From assembly GCF_037042905.1 (NCBI RefSeq), contig NC_087250.1:11968001-12032000 (forward strand): DNA of 64,000 bases, written 5' to 3'. Shown here piece by piece: positions 50,055-61,312 of the stretch. The position numbers and the translations under genes are program-made. This stretch comes from Lytechinus pictus. Lineage: Eukaryota. Each line of letters opens with the position of its first letter. Positions within the stretch are counted from its first letter, which is position 1. Under the pieces are notes generated by a model that worked only from the letters and a program-made list of their open reading frames with translations, searched no databases and was not told where the DNA came from.

Positions 50055-50203
50055 GTAAAAATGGCAGAGGTAACTTGAATGGCAGAGGTAAAAATGGCAG
50101 AGGTAATAATGGCAGAGGTAAAAATGGCAGAGGTAAAAATGGCAGAGGTAAAAATGGCAAAGGTAATAATGGCAGAGGTAAAAATGACAGAGGTATAAAT
50201 GGC
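50055..50203. repeat. 15-bp minisatellite (GTAAAAATGGCAGAG) x about 9
   Basis: Direct reading. Confidence 0.92.
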
Positions 50204-50489
50204 CAGTCTTAAACCCCCATGCCAAAAAATCTAAAAGCCCCTCCATGTACAATAGATTAAATAAGAAAGGTTCTGAGAAGAAAATTAGAATTATAATGTT
50301 TGACTAATGGAAAGGGTATCATTTTTAAATCATACTGTAGATTTTCTGCACCAAATTGATAACACCTGAGTTGGTTTTTCTTAAGTTATTCCTGGATTTA
50401 CATGCACAGCCTTCTCATGTCGAATCGCTCTTCTAATATTCAAATTTGAAGCACACTTTGGATCCCAAGTATTGTACTTAGTTCATTAA

Positions 50490-51185
50490 AGGGAAAATTC
50501 ACCCTAACATAAAGTTTATTGTAAAAATAGCAGAAAATAATTAAAATGATATTGGTTAGGGTTTAAGGGAATCAATCAAAGATTTAAAAAGCTATTAGAA
50601 TCTTATATTTTAATGGTGACGTCATTTGCGAGCAGTTTTTTTCCAAATCTGGTGTAATTAAAAATATCAATGAAATGTCATTTAATTATTATTTATTAGT
50701 TTTCAATTTTTTTTCAATTTCAATTTATTTCATTTTCAACAGAACGAAGTAAAGTGGTCGAAATAATTACAATGAACTTATACAGACAATATAAATTGAG
50801 GCATGTACAATGATATTTTTCCATAAGTAAAACAAAACAAAGTATTATATTAGCAAAATATCATTATAAAATAAAATTCTGAGAAAATGGAGGGATCCAC
50901 TGAAAGCAGTGCTTGTATTGTGTAGACCCCTCTTAATAATTATTGTAGTATATCAACATACAAATCATTTCACATCCGCTCCTGAAAGACCTTTTTTAGC
51001 AAAAGTGACCCACTGATTAAAAATATGAAAAGTAATACGGGGCAGCTGCTCGTATATGACTTCACAGATCAAAAACTCAAAAGTCTAATAACTTTCTTAA
51101 TCTTTGATGGGTTTTCCGTAAGCCTTCACCAATAAAATTTTCTGCTATTTTTACATTAAATCATTTGTCAGGGTGAATTTCCCCT
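50490..51185. mobile_element. Kolobok-type MITE containing an antisense LINE 3' end (about 50700-50930)
   Basis: TTAA|AGGGAAAATTCACCCT ... AGGGTGAATTTCCCCT|TCAA; the insert is near-identical to about 4725-4870. Confidence 0.75.
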
Positions 51186-53863
51186 TCAAAACAGGTCGAT
51201 AGAATGGTATAAGAAAAGCCTATAACTTTGAAATAAAATCCTTGATTTGCTACACATTTCCAAATTCATGCGGTAACTGTTACCATAGAAACTAGTTTAG
51301 GAACCTGTCATCCACTGGACTAGCTGCAATGAGGTATTGCTCTGAAAAATTAAACACTAATTGCTATTATTATATCATTTACATTAAACTATATACGTAT
51401 CATATCAATATCTATTCGGATCCATTATGATGTTGAAATATGAAAAATTACTTTTATTACAGATCGTTTTGTTATTTTTCTGTTATCTAAGTAATGCAAG
51501 TGGTTCGAAGAAATCCCGAACTTGTCTATTTCAGTGGAGCGCACATTTTGGCGTTAACATTAAAATTCGTTTGGTATGTATGTGATGAAGTGCTGTTGTA
51601 CTCTACGAAATGGCCAATACAAATCCTTTCATCACTCACTTATTAAAATCGGTCAAACAGTGCAAATAAAATGTGTTTGTGAGTATTTTTTTTCTTTAAA
51701 GAGGTAGGCCGTCCTTTGGGCATATGCCCCACTCCTCACTTAAAAAGAAACAAAATGGCGGGAGGTCGAGTGGCTACTTACGACTCTCGTCAATATGGGG
51801 GACGTGGGTTCGATTCCCAGCCACGGCGTGTTTTCCTTCAAGGATGAATTACTTGAATGCTTTCAGCGCCTATATGGCGGCTCGGATACAGCCGGGATAA
51901 TAATAATAATGATACCAAATATCAAGTGGAATAGGGTATATCAATATATTGTAACTGCGCTACATAATTGTTCTATTATCGTGAAAGAAATATAAACTCG
52001 AGGGGTTTTTTTTTAATGAAAACTCATTTGCACAATAGTTAAAGGTGAGATGAGAATGAAAACAAAAATAGGATCATGATTATCCGGAATAAGTGTGCCA
52101 TATGAAATGATAATAGCCACCACTGGCCATGAAATGAAATGAAATATATTGTTGTGTGAATTAATGTAATCTAAAGTCCCCTATAAACATGATAAATGGA
52201 TAACATGGTAAAGATGAATGTTTCATTAATGACATTGATTTGATCAATGTCATCAGTAACTCATGGCATACTTTTTTAAGAATTTGGTAGGCCAAATATT
52301 TTTCGTACAAATGATCCCCACTTCCCCACTGAAAGATGACCCCTCCCATATTCACGAATGTGTATTTAAAGGATGTTTTAATTTGTCTATGATAAAAGTT
52401 ATAATCATATTTAAAAGTCATTGCAATTATATTTATGAATTAACCTTTAATTAATTTCCCATGAGTATGATGATACAGTGCATATAACCTTTGCAAAAAC
52501 GTGTAGGGATTTGTCAAGGCCAAAATTTTGCATTTTTTAAATTCAAAATTAGGCCAATTTAAGCACCTTGACTGCATTTAAAGATGAATCCACACATTAA
52601 CAGTAGTATTAACCGTTTGATGATTTTTTTTCTATTTTGAAGGGGGGGGGGGGTGATTGTACATGCCACCCCCCTGAGAAAAGTGTGGGATGTATCCCCC
52701 ATCCCCGGATCCCCCGGGATTTGCCGTGGATCTAGTCACCATCGGTCGGCGCTGCTTGTGTGAACTCGTTCATGCGTACAGTACAGGTACGGTACCTTAT
52801 CGTTCGTATAGCTATAGATCATATCTATATATATCTAGCTCGTGTTTAAGATTGTAACCACAATACACAGTAGCACTGCAGTTTAGCCATAAAAAGATCG
52901 CGGATTAGACTTTGATTATTATCTATTTCGGTAAGTTTCATATTCCTGAATATTAGTTTTTCGCATCACCCATGATTTCCACAAAATTATGCTCAATCTA
53001 CATGATCTAGTGAGAACTTTCTAGTACAAATTACTTGTTTGGTTTTAAGGGCCGAGTTAAGTTCAGCTCCGGCGTTATTTGTTTACACAAGTACACGTAC
53101 ACGGTACAATTGACCGAGTGACGTAAGGCCCAATTTTACTGTCGACGCCGCGGGCGCGGGCGTGGGGTACGAGAGGTAGGAACTATTCAGGCCTAATTTG
53201 TCGATCTCGTTGAAAGTAGTAATTTAGACCTAGTACCGGTATGAGTATGAGCGAGAGTGAAATCATCATTGTAATTTGGTACCGGTACATTCCATCATCT
53301 AGGGCCTATCAATCATGTTTTATAATTATAGAAAGACTAATTCCTTCTGCGCTGAATTAAAATTTAAAAAGACAAGTCTCTCGGCTCAGTATTTAGCATG
53401 TTTAACTTAAGTTAGAGATGTACCGTAAGGGCACTAGTATTCAACCCGTTTGGAGAGTTTCCTCAAATTAGGCTTCATCATTGAAATTTTCAATTTAGAA
53501 CTTGTAATAAATTATCATTCAGAATATGTTCAAACACACCCAATTTACATAGAAACAACATTTTTATAACCACAGAATGCTAGTTATGGATAAAAATAAA
53601 TTTTAAACCTGCCTACCTTGACTGGAGTTTTTCAATTCTCGGAGTGGCAGAAATTTATGAACCTACGCGACTCAATAACATTACGTCATCTCTAGTGCGC
53701 TGGTGTGCGGGCGCACCAGAGTGGCTATGACTCATACCTACTTAGGCTCAAATAAGACGTCGCTGCAGATTTTTTTCGGCAGCGCGCAGTGCTTCTCTCG
53801 CGGGGTGCTTCTCTCGCGGGGTGCTTCTCTATTTGGTATTGGCCAAAGCCAAAGGAGCAAATT

Positions 53864-53945
53864 TGTAAGGTATCAGTCCGATCGGGAGCTTCCGTTCGAA
53901 ATGGAGATTTCGAACGGAAGCTCCCGATCGGACTGATATCTTACA
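53864..53945. repeat. 82-bp near-perfect palindrome (39-bp arms, 4-nt loop)
   Basis: TGTAAGGTATCAGTCCGATCGGGAGCTTCCGTTCGAAAT-GGAG-inverse, with one G/T mismatch. Confidence 0.95.
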
Positions 53946-56123
53946 CCAGCGTGTTACGAGCGAGCTTAGTAGACGGCTGCTTTGGCTTTGCTCGACGAGT
54001 CGGATGATGTAATCTGCACAGTACCGGGTACGGGCAGTGCATACGCTAGCGCTACCCAACGGCGATTTGGATGCGGTGCCGGGTGGATGTGACGTCACAA
54101 AGCAAAAAATATTTAAAACTTCAAAGATTATTTTTGGATTGATTTTTGTCAAACTTTTACTAATGTGTCATTCACGTTATTCCTCTTCATTTCATGCAAA
54201 TTTAGCTCCATGCCAACTTCAATTAAAATGTCATTAAAAATATAACAAGAGTATAAAGCCTGTGCCGGGTACAATTATTCAAGTCAGCAAACAAGCAAGC
54301 AAAAAAATATATAATTATAATAATAAGATAGAATAAATATATTTTTTTTTGAAGTCTTTTCACCTTGAAATTTTCTGTAAAAAATAAACAATAACTGTTT
54401 GCTTCCAATTTTGGAACTTTGTCTTTTCTAAGAGGAATTTTGAATAGCTTCATATCACATGCTTCACTAGTATTAAGCAAGGGTGTAAATCATGGGGGCT
54501 TGGGGGATTAATCCCAGGATTTCAGTTGGAAAGGTTTGTATTTTTAAAAAATAATTCATTTTTATACCCTAAATTCAGAAGTTTTTTTTTTTTTTGGGGG
54601 GGGTTGTAAATGTGGACAAAGTGGACCCTTTTCAGGGATCGATGATTTTCAGGGGGGGGGGGGTGCTGTCAAAACGACAATGAAGCCCCTTTTCTGACAA
54701 GCCCCCCCCCCAAAAAAAAAAAGGTTCATTTTAAAAGAACCCCCTTTTTTTAGTGGATCCCTGCTGGCAAATAACCCCCCCCCCCTTCCAGTTACTTTCT
54801 GAAATGTGTTTTTATATTAACCATAGCATCATTACAAATCTTTAATTTTTATTGTTGAGTTTATAAGTTTAATTTTTTTTCACTTTTCCTTACATTTTTT
54901 GACTATTTTTTTAATTATCAAATTTCTTCTCCTTTTTGCTCGCAGGTATTAAAAGAACTATTCTAGGGACCCATTCGTCATGGAATCCACATTACATGGG
55001 CTCCAAAGTCAGTTCCCTCTTTGTCCAAGACTTACCTTTTTGTCCAAGACTTCCTATTAAGGATGCTCTTCACTCTTCTGAGACTAGATGAAGCTTCAGT
55101 CTATGCATCTTACATATAGAACTTTAAGGCTACTGATAGCCTCCCCCCCAAAAAAAAAAAAAAAAATTATTTATGAAAAGAAAAGAAGACTTGAAGACAA
55201 GTGGTGATGCATTTCAATTAACCAACAGTTTTATTGAAACACCGAATTTTCTGTATTTATTTATGTATATATCCTGAATCCATGGCTGACTAATTATCAC
55301 ATTAATATAAGTACTGATGTTGTTGGGGTTTTTACACTATTCTCATTTCTTTATTTTATTTCTTTTGGGGAGGGTAAAGGTTTTTTATAAATTTGTCAAT
55401 GTTAATTATTGTGTAAGAGAAGCACTACAATATTATTCAGACTTTTTTATTCGATCAGTTATATCCATTATTTGCTATGTATACAGATATGCCAGATATT
55501 ACTCTGTTTTGATTGATTACTGCTTGTGTACTGGTATATAATATTTCTGGTTTGCTTTTTTTTTTTTTTTCCTTTTTCTCTTTTTTCCTTCGAAATATTT
55601 CTAACTAGTTTTGTTACATAGGGGATATTTGTTTCTTGATAAATATTGTTTTATTGCATTGTTAATTTCATTTGATTAATTTGGTTTCATTTGATTCATT
55701 TCATTTGGTTAATTTTATTTGAGAATTATCCTTCTGTGGATATGAATCAATAAATTGTTTAATTTGAAATTGAATTTGAATTTACTGATTTTTTTTTCTG
55801 GATCCGACAGTTTCTCTGAAACTAGTGTATGCACAAATAGTGGCATAGCCAGAATATTTTTTTGGAAGGCCAGTCTATGCAAAGAACCCCTTTCTTCTCA
55901 TTTCCCCCCTTTATCTTCCATTTTTTCTCTTTTATTTTTTTCTCTCTTTTCTTAAAAGGATTTTTTTTTTTTTTTGGGGGGGGGGTGTGATTTTGAGCAA
56001 TACATGTATAAATTACAGTGAAAAATCATCAAAACGTTCTTGGGACCATCAAATTATGGCAGGAATATAGTTATAACAAGATTCTTCTGAAGGGTGGGAA
56101 GTTCCTGCAAAATTAACTGTTAA

Positions 56124-56518
56124 CCCACAGAGGTACAACGTGTCTCCTTTTAGAGACACTTTTGCAGTTTCTCTTCATTCTGACCAGTAGCAAGTACACA
56201 TGTATGATCAGAAAGAGAAAAATGTATTGAAAAATTTGATACCACTCTGAATACCGAACGTCATGCCATTCATAAGTAAAGTTCATAAGTAAAAGCCATT
56301 TTACTTGTGCTAATCATGCTCTCTAAAACAACAAAATCGCTTTTTAACAATGCAAATTGGCAACTTTTCAGCAAAGATCTTCTATTTATTATTTTAACGC
56401 ATGTTATATATATTTTTTTTCAAAGTATGAAAATTGATAGAAAATTAATGATTGTTGCCAATTTGAGGAGCAAAAGGAGATAAAATTAAACCTTTAGAAA
56501 GCTGTGTACCTCTATGGG
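56124..56518. mobile_element. piggyBac-type MITE
   Basis: TTAA|CCCACAGAGGTACA ... TGTACCTCTATGGG|TTAA. Confidence 0.85.
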
Positions 56519-56927
56519 TTAATCAAGAATATTGTTATACCTGCAAGGTGTTTCAATAAGATTTTAGCTATGACTGAGAGTTCCACTATTGACCCTAACA
56601 TGCACATGTTGCACATTTTATTTAGCATGCAATCCAATTAATGTATATGCAATAGCGCACATTATCTGACCAATGCAAAGATACTTTCCATTAATTTGCA
56701 TACCATGGGTTTCAAGCTTGATTTTATAAGCAAACTGTCAAGCCTAAATGTTAGTGAAACACCTCTTTGATCTTATACTGAATTTCCATTTCCACTATAC
56801 AATACTATCAATGTCTCACTTCCTTCTATCCATAAATTTTGATCCTACCACTTGATGTCATAACAGAATGTAAGAAACTTCTTATAGGTAAATTTGTGTA
56901 TACCTTGGCTTGAACTTTGAAGTGAAT

Positions 56928-57130
56928 GGGAGCATCGTAGTCTAGTGGTTGTGACTCTTGCCTTGCAATCAGTGGGTTGTGGGTTCGAATCCCAATCCTG
57001 GAACCAATTTCCTTCAGCAAGAAGACTAGCTTAGCCTGGGTAATATATACAAGCGTCTTGAGCACCTATCAAGGTGGATATGTGCGCATTATAAATACTA
57101 TATATCATTATTATTGTTGTTGTTATTATA
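56928..57130 (+). mobile_element. tRNA-derived SINE with L2-type 3' tail
   Basis: A box (TAGTCTAGTGG), B box (GGTTCGAATCC), tail AAGCGTCTTGAGCAC..GTGGA..TGCGCATTATAAAT plus (ATT)n. Confidence 0.82.
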
Positions 57131-57139
57131 CTGTAGAAG

Positions 57140-59098
57140 TTACATGGAGATAAAGCAAATGTCTCCCAGATGAACATCTGTCAGAAATTCGGACACCGTC
57201 ATAAAAAAGACCTCTCTGTTGCCATCATATATTACTTCGTATTCCTCCTTCCATGCCGTAACTCTGCCATTATACCACACCTCTTTCCCCTCCTCCTCCC
57301 ACTTGTGGGCAAACATCCTGTTAAGGACTTGGGTGGGATCTCTCAAATTCTTTAGAAAGTCATCATCCTCAAGCTGTGGACCACTGAAAAGAATATTCTT
57401 CAATTCCTCCACGGAACTTTTCGATAGCGAGTGCTTCCCCATGTCCTGGCACAAAATTTTTTTCCTGAAATTAATTTGATTCTTTAGGATGCCCATGGCT
57501 CTGGTTTTAGATATGTTTTCAAGTAATTCACATTGATTTTGCTCTTCATATAGTCCATGTTGCAGTACACTTTCGATGAGTTCCTCTATCTTGTTCCGTT
57601 CCTTCTCTGCTTTTTCCGACAGCTTGCGTTGTTTATCCCTTACCCGCTGTTGAACTTGCTCCTTGTACCTCTGCTTTTTCACCTTTTCCTTTTTCCTCTC
57701 AGTTACCCCTGCTTTAATTGCCGAGCCAACCAATCTCTTCCTCCTTTCTTCACTTTGGCTCTTCAACCACGTGGCTGTGTCGTTACACTTGAACATGACT
57801 TTTGATTCTAATTTACCTACAGAAATATTTCTAGCATGATGCAGGTGTGAATCAACACGCGCAAAGTTCCGCTCCCCACTAATGTTTGTGCTTGAGCATG
57901 ATGCAGCCTGCTCCCTGACTTCCACCGATGGCTCCCAGAAGACGCCACCAGGTAACTGTGACTGGAGCTGCCGTTTTGTCACCTCTAGGGCTGCCATCAG
58001 CATTCCTCTCATTGGTTCTTCCATTTGATCTTCATATGGAGGAGACACCAATGATTGGAAGATATCATCCCTCATTGGGTCACTGCTGAAGATGGTGTGC
58101 TGGTCTCTGAGCAGGGAGGATGGATTGCCTGCCCACCTCTCCAATACCTGGACTGCAGAGTGGTAGTTGGCATTCATTTCCAGGATGTTTAGATCCTGTG
58201 ATGCAGCTTCCATCCATGGGTGGGTGACCAAATGCCCCATCAGTCCAAGGCACCTAAGATGGCAGATGTTCTTATCATTCCATGCATTCACAAATGAACG
58301 ATGGAGATCATTTGATGGTTTGGTCACAGTTCTGAAATATTCTACTATAGATGGCCCGATGTGATAGAGCAGCCCAGCTGAAGAAAACAAAATGTCAAAT
58401 CTGTTTCCAACCCATCTTGGTAATACCTTTTGATGACCTCTCCCCTTCAAAAATGACCTGAGGTCTGTGCTGTCGCCACAGCTTTCACTGTTGAAAAGCT
58501 TGCTGCCAACACGAATGAATGCTTGGACATTACATTCCCCACCTTTGTTAAATGGCATTTTACGGGTCCTGTCATGCACATCATCCATTTTTTTTAGGGC
58601 TTTGTTGACCTCCTTGGCAATTGTATCAAGAGGGTGCATTGCACATCGAAATTTATTTAGGTGGATGTTTTTCTCCTTTTCTAGTTTCTTGTCTACTGAA
58701 TCATTGGTGATGCACCTATCTGTCATTGTGTTGGTTGTCTTGTTACATAAGATGTCTGGAGAGATGGCATCGCACGCTTCTTCAATCGTTCGAACATATT
58801 CATCCGCCGCTCCTCCAACCTGTTGAGAAACGCCCACCAGAAAAGTTTTTTCTTTTGAAGCAACTTCTACCTCGGTCAGATGACCTACCCGGCCCTTTGT
58901 TGTACCATCATATTTTATTGTCAAATTGTTTTTATCTTTGAGTGATTCCCGTACTTGAGATTTTGAGAGAACTTTCATTTCCGATGCCATTCTATGTTGA
59001 GTGGATGAAGAAGGAAGGCACCCTATTTGTCTACCATTGATTGTTTCACTGACAATCCTGATGGCCTCACTGGTCCGATGCTCTGGAACACCGATGTC
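57140..59098 (-). CDS. Transposase-like gene, coding exon 2 (catalytic core plus Tudor-like C-terminus)
   Basis: The 616-aa ORF extends 36 more codons in frame upstream to a pyrimidine-rich acceptor at 59099-59100. Confidence 0.88.
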   Translation of the reverse strand, partial: DIGVPEHRTSEAIRIVSETINGRQIGCLPSSSTQHRMASEMKVLSKSQVRESLKDKNNLTIKYDGTTKGRVGHLTEVEVASKEKTFLVGVSQQVGGAADEYVRTIEEACDAISPDILCNKTTNTMTDRCITNDSVDKKLEKEKNIHLNKFRCAMHPLDTIAKEVNKALKKMDDVHDRTRKMPFNKGGECNVQAFIRVGSKLFNSESCGDSTDLRSFLKGRGHQKVLPRWVGNRFDILFSSAGLLYHIGPSIVEYFRTVTKPSNDLHRSFVNAWNDKNICHLRCLGLMGHLVTHPWMEAASQDLNILEMNANYHSAVQVLERWAGNPSSLLRDQHTIFSSDPMRDDIFQSLVSPPYEDQMEEPMRGMLMAALEVTKRQLQSQLPGGVFWEPSVEVREQAASCSSTNISGERNFARVDSHLHHARNISVGKLESKVMFKCNDTATWLKSQSEERRKRLVGSAIKAGVTERKKEKVKKQRYKEQVQQRVRDKQRKLSEKAEKERNKIEELIESVLQHGLYEEQNQCELLENISKTRAMGILKNQINFRKKILCQDMGKHSLSKSSVEELKNILFSGPQLEDDDFLKNLRDPTQVLNRMFAHKWEEEGKEVWYNGRVTAWKEEYEVIYDGNREVFFMTVSEFLTDVHLGDICFISM

Positions 59099-61312
59099 CT
59101 GTCATGGAGTGATAAACAAAACTAATTTTCCAACCAATTCATTTTTTTTCTCACAATTATAACTTTCACTTAGAAATCACTTATAGAAATTAGTATATAT
59201 AAAAAGAAAGCAAAGAAAGGATAAAAGAAAGAAAACAAAAATTGTAATAATGAACAGTAAAGATTTAAGATTTTAAAAAAAATGTAGATTAGCATGTATA
59301 CAGTGGAAATTTCTGAACTGATAAAATAGAAAATTAAAGTAATACATCTCCACGTAAAGGATATTGGTGATTTCTAAAAGTGCATTTAAAATTATGCACA
59401 CGACTAAATAAAAAAAAATTGCATTTCATAATTTTGATAATGAAAATTGATGAATTTCAGACACTGGATAGCTAAGAGGCTGGATGAGCCAACTTCATGT
59501 GAGCAGTTTTGGATAACCTTCAAGAAAATTTAGAATTCCTTCATCTGCTAGAAAAACATTTTAGAAAATTTAGTACAAAAAAAATCTTATTGTTCCATGA
59601 GCAAACTCAGCAGAAGGTGGGGTGGCTGTCATTGTAAGACAGGCACAATACTATCCAATGGGTCCCATTTTAGAATAATTACTGTACAAGTAATGCCTCT
59701 GTTTTTGGTTATGGTGAATACCTTACAATGGCAATGCACTACCTCCCCCCCCCCCCACCCCTCCCCCTTTCATTCATACATGTATGTTCAGGAAGTGAAA
59801 TAAACAACAACCCCCCCCCAAAAAAAAAAAAAATAAAATAAAATAAAATAGACATCTGCACATTTGTAATGGTTAATCAAAGCAATTACATTATCAATTT
59901 CACTTCATAAATGTGAAAATTGTAAACTATTTCAATTTGCTTTTCAAAGATGCATGAACTTCAGTTTTCATTTTATCAAACTTGCAAGTTAGGGTGAATT
60001 AGGCATACAGTATAACTGGCAGACAGAAGTTAGGACCAAATTTCTTTGCCATTTCAAAATGAAAGATCAATACAGTATCTACAGTATAATTTTGATTATA
60101 AGTGGGGGGGGGGGGGTCAATGGTCAAGGGAAGGATCTTCATTTATAAATAAGAGAAAATGCATGGACAGTTTTTTAATCTACATATTTCAATATGATGT
60201 TGCATTCTTGAATGAGAGCAGTTTCAGTGGAATTTATATCCAATGGCAATCAATTGTGCATCAAATTTGAATATGCATTTTCCTTTCCACAATGAATTTT
60301 GGTTCATGGCATACATGTATCTGAATTTAAATAGAAGGAAAAAATCATGTGTTGGCAAAATCAGACATAGACAGGATTTTTTTTTTAATTTCCAAAAAGC
60401 TCTATACCTCTTTGGGTTCACTTCTCATATATCAATGAATCAATGACCAAAAAGAACACTAACCTGTAGATAAAATGATGCTTCGCGTACGCTAGTGTTG
60501 AATTGTTTTCCTTCTTTCGTGGGAATTGGAACAGTAAGCCTTTTAATTTCATCTTGAAGTGTTTCAATTTTTTCAAGAAGATGTACCACATCGGAATCCT
60601 GTTGCGGAGGCAAAGCGGAGTTACATGTACCTGAACGGATCGTAGAGAACAATTTCCTCTGTAGGCGGATGTTCTTTTGTCTGTACTTTTCTGCTTTCCT
60701 CTCAGCATTTTTTTTCCCTGCTTCTAGCTTTTTGGCTTTCGACGACAATAATTTGAACTGCTCTCTATAATGCTGCAGACTCTTCTTAGCTCTTTGAAAT
60801 TTCCTTAGCAAGTCTTTTCTCCCTCCCTCTCTAAGCTCAGATGCCAGTTCTCTTACTCGGCCTCTTGCTTTTGTTAGTTTTTTCCGAAGCTCTTTGGTTG
60901 TTATATCACGGTTCTTCGTGATCTGCTCAAGCTTGTCTTGATAGTCCAACTTATTTGAGTCAGAAATCTTCAATAGTTGCTTACAATTGGAACATGAATC
61001 TGTTAATGGCTTTAGAGTTGGATGGGTGGATGAAGGAGTAGGAATGGGATATGGTTCTTCCATGAAGGCAGCAATTTTTTCCTTGGTTCCTGCCCTGTTG
61101 AAATTCTTTTTCATTGCAGCTAACTTGTCCCTGAGTCGCTCTATTTGTCGAACAATAGTGCGCTCATTCACATCCCAGATTTTGGCAACTTCTGGCAGAA
61201 TTTCTTTCTCTGTATGATATGCCTTCAACATTTCCCCTTTGGAAACACTTTTTCCTTCTTTGATAGTGGCCAGTAATTTCCCTGGGTCTGGTGTGATTCC
61301 TTCCATTGCCAT
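57140..61312 (-). CDS. DDE (RNase H-fold, CxxH-type, hAT-like) transposase-like protein with C-terminal Tudor/Spindlin-like module, 2 coding exons, 935 aa
   Basis: Exon 61312-60464 (283 codons, CAG|gttagt donor) joins in phase 0 to 59098-57140 (gacag|GAC acceptor, 653 codons including the stop). Candidate catalytic motifs YDGTT, MTDR, CAMH and TNISGERNF. No stops or frameshifts. Confidence 0.85.
60464..61312 (-). CDS. Transposase-like gene, coding exon 1 (helical N-terminus, CxxC, coiled coil)
   Basis: ORF 60440-61312 truncated at a donor site; acceptor tttaacag lies 4 nt upstream of the ATG. Confidence 0.82.

Noticed and set aside
50004..50252. HFYLC-repeat peptide or CRISPR-like array
   Set aside because: 15-bp minisatellite with no unique spacers, in a eukaryotic context with no cas genes
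52728..52760. Possible left TIR matching the last about 35 nt of the window
   Set aside because: Only patchy similarity (GTC.CC.T..CGGTCG), and a TSD cannot be tested at the window edge
57170..58941. Several + strand ORFs
   Set aside because: Antisense shadows of the transposase exon
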